Source of the DNA: a virus
Lineage: Duplodnaviria > Caudoviricetes
Strand: one strand, 5' to 3'
DNA length: 64,000 bases
Virus record (IMG/VR): IMGVR_UViG_3300029305_001653
Coordinates: 32,001-96,000 of that record
Numbering within the stretch: position 1 is the stretch's first letter; each line of letters opens with the position of its first letter. A program made the position numbers and the translations under genes. Under the pieces are notes generated by a model. That model was not told the origin of the DNA. It ran no database searches and worked only from the letters and a program-made list of their open reading frames with translations. Below, piece after piece: positions 57,847 to 64,000 of this stretch.

Positions 57847-58506
57847 TTATATCATAGAATGTCCATAGATATTTAAAGAGTTCATAATCTCTTTATTTTC
57901 AGATAAAGTGTCTTTCATAGACTTGATAGCTCCTCTTACTACAGTAGACAAATAATGATTTACAGGGATAGTAAAATAATCAATCTTATACTCCTTCAAG
58001 TACTGGAGAACTTCATGAGCTACCCTTAACATATAATAATTGTGTAATAAAGAGACTTCTTTTATCACTTTATTAGCTACTACTAAAGTATCTACAAGCT
58101 TCAATATCAATCCTTCAGGTTCTTCCTTAGCATCTCTCCACAATTCATAGTGGAGTTCACTATTACTGAATTGAGACTTGAAGAACTTCTTAGCTACACT
58201 ATCAGCTACATCTTTTAAAGATTCTCTAGTACCTTCACTGTAATACTTGACAGGTCTAGGAATATCTCCTGTAATGACTTCCTCTAAATCGTGATAAACT
58301 GCTTTCATAACATACTTACTAGATTGTATGTATTCGAAGCCTGCAATTTTATTCACTTCATCGATTATCTTTAATCCTAACATTACAGTATCTATAATGT
58401 GTTGAGATAAAGATTCTGCCTCTACTAGCTTAGTACCACTATATCTGTAAGTATGGTCTAAGTTCATGAGAGGACTGGATACTAGTTCTAAAAATTTATT
58501 GTCCAT
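57847..58506 (-). CDS. HD-domain (YfbR-like) deoxynucleotide phosphohydrolase
   Basis: RYS..ESLSQH, HDLEEVITGDIP.PVK, KLVD. Confidence 0.85.
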   Translation of the reverse strand: MDNKFLELVSSPLMNLDHTYRYSGTKLVEAESLSQHIIDTVMLGLKIIDEVNKIAGFEYIQSSKYVMKAVYHDLEEVITGDIPRPVKYYSEGTRESLKDVADSVAKKFFKSQFSNSELHYELWRDAKEEPEGLILKLVDTLVVANKVIKEVSLLHNYYMLRVAHEVLQYLKEYKIDYFTIPVNHYLSTVVRGAIKSMKDTLSENKEIMNSLNIYGHSMI

Positions 58507-58563
58507 TTAACGTCTCCTCCTTGCCCTTATCTTCTAAAATAAGAAACGTGACATATCTTATTA

Positions 58564-58781
58564 TTGAGCTACTTTTATGATTTTATGCAAAAGTAGCTCA
58601 ACGTTAGAGTTTCTTACGTTGCTTAGCATGTAAGCTTTTAAGCTTACAAGGCTGCGGAGCAGCAAGCAACTACGTAAGATGGAGGAGCTATATTATTATA
58701 ATAATTAACATTATTATAATAATCACTTATAATGCTTAGCATGTAAGCTTAAGAAAAATGAAATCTGAGAGATTTCATTTT
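58564..58781. other. Highly structured divergent intergenic region (multiple inverted and direct repeats)
   Basis: 13-bp IR 58564-58601, branched fold 58613-58678, two ATTATTATAATAAT palindromes, 18-bp direct repeat, hairpin 58755-58781. Confidence 0.65.
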
Positions 58782-58799
58782 ATATCTGAAGAGTAGAAA

Positions 58800-58838
58800 A
58801 GGGATTCTTGAAGATATCACGTATTATAATAATGTAAA
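58800..58838 (+). promoter_or_regulatory. Conserved bipartite phage promoter, copy 5
   Basis: AGGGATT-N12-ACGTATTATAATAATGTAAA. Confidence 0.85.
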
Positions 58839-58864
58839 AGAAAATTAAATAGGGAGAGTGTATC

Positions 58865-60649
58865 ATGAAGACTTACAATGATGAGAGTATTAAAGTACTT
58901 TCTGATATAGAGCATATCCGTACTCGTCCTACTATGTATATCTCTACTGAGAGACCTTCATATCAAATGTGGACTGAGATAGCTGATAATGCTGTAGATG
59001 AAGCTATGAATGGATATGCTTCAGAGATTGTTTTTGAAATTGATTTCATTAATAATTATATATGTGTAGAAGATAATGGTAGAGGACTTCCTCAAGGCAG
59101 GAATGAAGAACTTGGTAAGCCTACTATCTTTGCTATTTACCAGAAACTCAACGCAGGTGGTAAATATGATCAAGATTCTTACGCTATGAGCGGAGGTTTA
59201 AATGGAGTAGGTAGTACAGTTGTAAATGCTCTATCTAAAGAATTCCATGTATTTTCTTGGAGAGACGGATCTTGTATTACAGCTGACTTTGAGTATGGTG
59301 AGACTGTAGGATCTAATATTCCATTCCATGATCCTCAGTATAACAAGAAATCAGGTACTAGAGTATTCTATCGTATTGATACTGAACATTCTCTTTTCAC
59401 TGACAAACTTTCCGACTATGAACAAGACATTATTAATAAAGTACGTCTTTTGAAAACTTTGATGCCTAAAGTCAAAATTATCTATAATAATGAAGAGATT
59501 CAAGCTAGAGATTTTAGAGAATTCCTTCAGTTATCTAAAGAACCTTTACTAGATAATTCTATACTTATAGAGTGCAAAGACTATTCTGTAGCATTGAATT
59601 GGTCTAAAGATACTAATAAAAGTACACAAATTTCTTATTGCAATAGTATTTTTACTCCTAATGGAGGAGATCACGTCAATGGTATTCATAACGCATTGAT
59701 AGATATATTTGGTACTGATAGTATGTATGGTCTCAATATAGCACTTTCAGTTAAATATCCTAGAGTAGAATTCGATAGCCAAGCTAAGACTAAAGCAATT
59801 TCTAAGGATATGAAATCATATCTTACAGAGAACTTCAGTACAGAATTCAAGTCTTATCTTCGTAAGTATCCTGATATTAAAGAGTCTATCTCTAAGTTAA
59901 TTGCATATAAGAGAAATGAACTTAATAAACGTAATAACAAGAGTAATGTACGTAGAGATAGGAAGAGTACATTCTTAAATACCTTAGGAGTCTCTGGATT
60001 CGCAGACTGTAATTGCAGTGATAGATCAGGAGCTGAATTGTATATAGTAGAAGGTAATTCAGCTGCAGGTTCTGCTAAACAAGCTAGGGATGTTGAGACA
60101 CAAGCTGTTATGCCATTAAGAGGTAAAGTACTCAATGTATTGAATTCTGATATGAAGTCTATCCTGAACAATAAAGAAATTGCGACTATTTATGCAAATC
60201 TTGATACAGGTATTATGGAAGACTTCAATATTAAGAAATCTCGTTATAGTAAAGTAATTATATTTACAGATGCGGATGAGGATGGCAAAAACATAGCAGC
60301 ATTGTTGATTACTCTCTTCGCTACATTATCTCCTGAATTGATAGATTCAGGTTATCTTTACTTAGCTCTTCCTCCACTCTATGGTACATATGAAGGTAAG
60401 AAATTCATCCCTATAAATGATGAAGAAACTAAGAATGAGTATCTCAGTAAAGGATACTCTATCACAAGATATAAAGGACTCGGTGAGATGAATCCTGAGC
60501 AACTTCGTATCTCTTGTATGGATCCTAGTACTAGAGTATTGATTAGATTGGATAGATCTCCTGAATGCTCTCATAGGATACAGCAAGTCATGGGTTCAGA
60601 TACTTCTTTTCGAAGAAAACTTCTTCAAGAAGAAGGGATTCTAGTATAG
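58865..60649 (+). CDS. Type IIA DNA topoisomerase subunit B (GyrB/ParE-like)
   Basis: EIADNAVDE, DNGRG, GGLNGVG, EGNSA, PLRGK, DADEDG, RYKGLGEM. Confidence 0.95.
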   Translation: MKTYNDESIKVLSDIEHIRTRPTMYISTERPSYQMWTEIADNAVDEAMNGYASEIVFEIDFINNYICVEDNGRGLPQGRNEELGKPTIFAIYQKLNAGGKYDQDSYAMSGGLNGVGSTVVNALSKEFHVFSWRDGSCITADFEYGETVGSNIPFHDPQYNKKSGTRVFYRIDTEHSLFTDKLSDYEQDIINKVRLLKTLMPKVKIIYNNEEIQARDFREFLQLSKEPLLDNSILIECKDYSVALNWSKDTNKSTQISYCNSIFTPNGGDHVNGIHNALIDIFGTDSMYGLNIALSVKYPRVEFDSQAKTKAISKDMKSYLTENFSTEFKSYLRKYPDIKESISKLIAYKRNELNKRNNKSNVRRDRKSTFLNTLGVSGFADCNCSDRSGAELYIVEGNSAAGSAKQARDVETQAVMPLRGKVLNVLNSDMKSILNNKEIATIYANLDTGIMEDFNIKKSRYSKVIIFTDADEDGKNIAALLITLFATLSPELIDSGYLYLALPPLYGTYEGKKFIPINDEETKNEYLSKGYSITRYKGLGEMNPEQLRISCMDPSTRVLIRLDRSPECSHRIQQVMGSDTSFRRKLLQEEGILV

Positions 60650-60672
60650 TCCACGTATTATACTAATGTAAG
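60634..60672 (+). promoter_or_regulatory. Conserved bipartite phage promoter, copy 6 (overlaps last codons of topo B)
   Basis: AGGGATT-N12-ACGTATTATACTAATGTAAG. Confidence 0.82.
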
Positions 60673-60718
60673 GGAGAAAGAAACTCCACAATAACTAATT
60701 AAAGAGAGGTAGAAGATT

Positions 60719-61045
60719 ATGACATTTAAGATGATTACAGTTGATGAGTTCAACAAGGAACATGGTACTTCTTGGAAAGCTCCTAAGAGCGAGTATAGTG
60801 GAGAAGTTCAGGGTTTATATTTAGGAGTTAACCCTGAAGTAGTCTTAGAAGATGGTACTCTTGACGCAGAGAGTACGACTTTTATCTGTAATATCGATGA
60901 GTTAGATAATGACTTTTGGACTTGGCACAGAGAAGATATGTCTTACAAATATTCATGGACTGGAAGATTAGTATTCAGAGGATATTATTCTTCTCACTAT
61001 GACTTTGAAGAACGTGATGAGTATTTCATAGAAGAGACTGTGTAG
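60719..61045 (+). CDS. Hypothetical acidic protein between topoisomerase subunits
   Basis: ORF with GAGGT RBS behind promoter copy 6. Confidence 0.6.
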   Translation: MTFKMITVDEFNKEHGTSWKAPKSEYSGEVQGLYLGVNPEVVLEDGTLDAESTTFICNIDELDNDFWTWHREDMSYKYSWTGRLVFRGYYSSHYDFEERDEYFIEETV

Positions 61046-61068
61046 TCATAATACGAAGGAGCAGATTT

Positions 61069-62859
61069 ATGAATTATATAAAAGATATAACTAGTAATTA
61101 TACTGCTAGTTATGCAAAATACGTAGCAACTTCTAGAGCTATCCCTTCTTTAAGTGATGGACTTAAACCTGTACAGAGGAGATGTATTAATTCAGCTCAC
61201 GACTTAAAGCTATTCCATGATAGGAAGTTCTTAAAAGTAGCTAAGCTAGAAGGTCAGGTAATGGGTGATTACCATCCTCATGGAGGAGCTAGTATGGTAA
61301 TCTTAGCTCAGCCATTCAAGACGAGATATCCATTATTTGAAGGACAAGGAAATTTTGGTAGTCCTGATGAACCAAATAGTGTAGCAGCTAGTAGGTACAT
61401 AGAGACAAGAATGACTAAATTTTGTGAAGATTTTTATCTATCCTCAGCTGATTATGCTGATAGAGATGATAACTATGATGGAAGACTGAAAGAAGTAGTG
61501 CAGTATTATCCTCCTATACCTGGAGTATTATTGACAGGGTCTTCAGGTATTGCAGTTGGATTATCTACTAATATTCCAACACATAGGATTTCTGATGTAT
61601 GTTCATCTCTTCTTGAGTATATAATGAATCCTGAATCTTCTAAGTATCTAGACGATATGATGCCTGAGACTTGTGAAGAGTCGATCATTACAACTTCGAG
61701 AGCAGATATCAAGAAGTTGTATCAGACTGGAGAAGGCTCTATCCAGTATAAAGCTAAGACTCACTATGAGAGTATTGAAGGTAAGTTAGCTCTTGTAGTA
61801 GATGCATTTCCTCCAGATTACAGTAAGAAAAGATTAGAGACAGCGTTCATACTTGATGCAGTCGAAGCAGGTAATCTTGAGCTTAGGAATGAATCATCTA
61901 CAGGTATTAGGTACGTATTCTTATCAGATAGTAAAGAAATACTTTCTGCTGTAGAAGAGAGACTTGTGAGTTCTTCAGGATATAGATTCTACATAGAGCA
62001 TAAAGATAAGATTCATCTCTATACTCTTTCTGAATTATATGATGACTTCATAGAAGCACGTAAAGAATATGTGGTACGTAAATATGAAGATCTTGTCAAG
62101 AAGAATGAGATAGAGATTGAATTCATAAGAGTACTATTAGAATTCAAAGAAGACAGAGAGTATGTGAAGTCTATATTTGATAAGTCTCCGAAGGAAGTAT
62201 CGAAAGAGATAGTTAAGAGATACAGTACTTCAGTAGATATAGCTTCTAGAATTATATCTACATCTCTGTCTAGTATGATGAGAGACAACATAGAGAAGTT
62301 AAAAACTAAGTACGAGGAATTGAATGAACAGATTACTGAATACAAAGGGTATGTAGATAATCCTATCTCGAAAATAGTATTAGATATCAGGAGACTTCAT
62401 AAAGAGTATTCAGGTGAAGAGAGAAGAGCAGTTCATATCAAAGATATTAAGGAGAGTATAAGTTTTAATTACAGAGGAGAGACTATTACAGCTCATCCTT
62501 CTTCTCTATTCTATATTGCAGATACGAATAATCACTATGATATAATTCATGCAGCTGATCTCCAATCTAAAAATTTAGATGATAAGATTCTAGTACCTAC
62601 GAACTGTGATTATTACGTATTCTATGATAGACAAGGATTAGTGGTAGTTACTAGTGAGACTATGAGTAGATTTGATAATAAATTCAAGAGTGATTCTCTC
62701 CTAGGTATCATAGGTACGGATGATTTATCTACTATTAGAGTAGATAGGAGTAATACTAAAAGAGCTTTGTATCTCGGAGATTGGGCTATACGTACTAGAC
62801 TTTCCTATGTGAGGCAGGTAGATGGAGATGAAAGTATAGAATTAGTAGTCCAAGGTTGA
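61069..62859 (+). CDS. Type IIA DNA topoisomerase subunit A (GyrA/ParC-like)
   Basis: RAIP..DGLKPVQRR, YHPHG, GQGNFG, AASRY, GIAVGLSTNIP. Confidence 0.95.
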   Translation: MNYIKDITSNYTASYAKYVATSRAIPSLSDGLKPVQRRCINSAHDLKLFHDRKFLKVAKLEGQVMGDYHPHGGASMVILAQPFKTRYPLFEGQGNFGSPDEPNSVAASRYIETRMTKFCEDFYLSSADYADRDDNYDGRLKEVVQYYPPIPGVLLTGSSGIAVGLSTNIPTHRISDVCSSLLEYIMNPESSKYLDDMMPETCEESIITTSRADIKKLYQTGEGSIQYKAKTHYESIEGKLALVVDAFPPDYSKKRLETAFILDAVEAGNLELRNESSTGIRYVFLSDSKEILSAVEERLVSSSGYRFYIEHKDKIHLYTLSELYDDFIEARKEYVVRKYEDLVKKNEIEIEFIRVLLEFKEDREYVKSIFDKSPKEVSKEIVKRYSTSVDIASRIISTSLSSMMRDNIEKLKTKYEELNEQITEYKGYVDNPISKIVLDIRRLHKEYSGEERRAVHIKDIKESISFNYRGETITAHPSSLFYIADTNNHYDIIHAADLQSKNLDDKILVPTNCDYYVFYDRQGLVVVTSETMSRFDNKFKSDSLLGIIGTDDLSTIRVDRSNTKRALYLGDWAIRTRLSYVRQVDGDESIELVVQG

Positions 62860-62899
62860 GATTTGACACGTTACTAATAATGAGACTAATTAAGAAAGG

Positions 62900-63754
62900 A
62901 TGTTTTGTTTGAATAAGAAGATTTCTATTTATCTTGCTTCATCTTGGTTTACACCTAAGATGAGAGAGATTCTTGACATACTAGAGAGTGAGCTGTCCTC
63001 AAGAGATAATATATCTCTTTACTCTCCTAGGAGAGATGGTATTGTGCTTCCTCCTAATCAGAAACATGATACTTCTTTGAGAGAGAGTATCTTCAAGGAG
63101 AATATCGAAAATATTATTAAAGCAGATCTAGTATTAGCTAACATAGATTGTACGGATTCATACAATGATCCAGGTACTATATATGAAGTAGGGTATGCTA
63201 TGGCTAATAATGTTCCTGTAATAGGATTTACTTCTAGCATGAAAGACCTCGGAAGTAGATTCAAAGGGATCAGTGATGGATTCGATTTTATAATCCTCGG
63301 ATATGATGAGTTAAATAAATATCTGGATACATTAATTCCTTCTACTAAAGATACGTCAAATAAAGTACTCTTAGTTGGAGCAGGTAATGAGGATGTGGAT
63401 AATAAGATAGCTTCTTATATCATGGATAGTGGAGCTAATCTTCGATGGGTTAATGAGATGCATAGTGATATATACTCTAGGATCGATGAAATTTTCGAGA
63501 ATGTACAGTATATGATTGCGATCATAGATGATAGGAAAACTCTTGTTTCCTGGATGATAGGACAAGCTTATGCAAGAGGAATACCTATCATTACATACTC
63601 AGATTTTAATTGGGGAATTAATGTGATGTTACTCGTATCTGTATTGACTCATCTTAGAGGTGTGGATGAATTATCACAATTTTTACAGCAAGTTAAGAGA
63701 GAAGGATTAGAGTCTATCCCTAAATTCGACATCTCTCAGATAGATTCTATGTAG
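62900..63754 (+). CDS. Nucleoside 2-deoxyribosyltransferase/nucleotide N-glycosidase family protein, two tandem domains
   Basis: IYLASSWF, YSP, D.GTIYEVGYA.A...PV; second copy TLVSWMIGQAYARGIPII..INVML. Confidence 0.8.
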   Translation: MFCLNKKISIYLASSWFTPKMREILDILESELSSRDNISLYSPRRDGIVLPPNQKHDTSLRESIFKENIENIIKADLVLANIDCTDSYNDPGTIYEVGYAMANNVPVIGFTSSMKDLGSRFKGISDGFDFIILGYDELNKYLDTLIPSTKDTSNKVLLVGAGNEDVDNKIASYIMDSGANLRWVNEMHSDIYSRIDEIFENVQYMIAIIDDRKTLVSWMIGQAYARGIPIITYSDFNWGINVMLLVSVLTHLRGVDELSQFLQQVKREGLESIPKFDISQIDSM

Positions 63755-63762
63755 GTGAGTAA

Positions 63763-64000
63763 ATGAGACTGTACAATAATGTAGAACATCCTCTTCGAGT
63801 ATACCTCGAAGAGGAATATTCAGGAGAAATATCGAAATTGATTTATTCTCTCGATAGTAAATATTCTCCTCCTGAGAATTCATACAACTCAGAGGATGAA
63901 GTAGAGAGTATAATCTTCTATGATGAATATTCAGAAAAGTACTACGTAGTTCATGGATTGTTACATATAATAATTAAAGAAGCTTCCATAATAGGTATAG
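63763..64000 (+). CDS. Hypothetical protein, truncated by window end
   Basis: AGGTGA RBS, ATG 63763, frame open to 64000. Confidence 0.55.
   Translation, partial: MRLYNNVEHPLRVYLEEEYSGEISKLIYSLDSKYSPPENSYNSEDEVESIIFYDEYSEKYYVVHGLLHIIIKEASIIGI

Noticed and set aside
57847-58506. DatZ-type dATPase indicating a 2-aminoadenine (Z) genome
   Set aside because: No PurZ in the window and the neighbours point to sugar/acyl chemistry; cannot be fully excluded without the rest of the genome
62861-62886. Possible seventh promoter copy (CACGTTACTAATAATGAG) before the NDT gene
   Set aside because: Core is degenerate and there is no GGGA at the fixed 19-nt spacing
1827-63565. Numerous short antisense or alternate-frame ORFs in the track (e.g. 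1912-2370, 12613-13065, 19358-19762, 36740-36940)
   Set aside because: They lie within well-supported genes, lack RBSs and recognisable motifs; shadows of codon bias and repeats
1-64000. Stop-codon reassignment, tRNA genes, introns/inteins in terL, capsid or topoisomerase
   Set aside because: Standard code gives full-length dense ORFs ending in TAA, TAG and TGA; no cloverleaf or intervening sequence recognised

Overview
64 kb from a large, AT-rich, contractile-tailed (myovirus-type) phage, probably infecting Bacillota/Clostridia (SigH-like sigma, SPP1-type holin, Amidase_3 endolysin with SLH-like tail, XkdX, dockerin). Order: (1) 1-10.7 kb terminase and portal interleaved with non-structural-looking genes (SigH-like sigma factor, two ADP-ribosyltransferase-like proteins, an HNH protein, hypotheticals), many sharing an N-terminal leader ending in an x-x-E prohead-protease-type site; (2) T4-like head genes (portal, core/scaffold, gp21 protease, gp23 capsid, neck); (3) sheath, tube, gp26/gp51-like chaperone pair, tape measure, baseplate; (4) a long fibre/receptor-binding cluster with collagen repeats and a dockerin; (5) holin-endolysin, then two further baseplate genes; (6) a second, divergent sigma-like gene; (7) a tightly coupled minus-strand operon (HD hydrolase, PIG-L deacetylase, LpxD-like acyltransferase, acyl-CoA-ligase-like enzyme, KamA-family radical SAM aminomutase, small conserved phage protein, T4 alpha-glucosyltransferase-like enzyme); (8) type II topoisomerase B and A and a tandem nucleoside-deoxyribosyltransferase-like gene. 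Two candidate novel systems stand out: a DNA hypermodification pathway predicted to install a beta-aminoacylated amino-sugar, and a head-packaged sigma factor with six identically spaced bipartite promoters (AGGGAWW-N12-ACGTATTATAATAATGTAAG) in front of itself, the second sigma-like gene and the topoisomerase. All family calls are from motif recognition by eye; no database searches were run.
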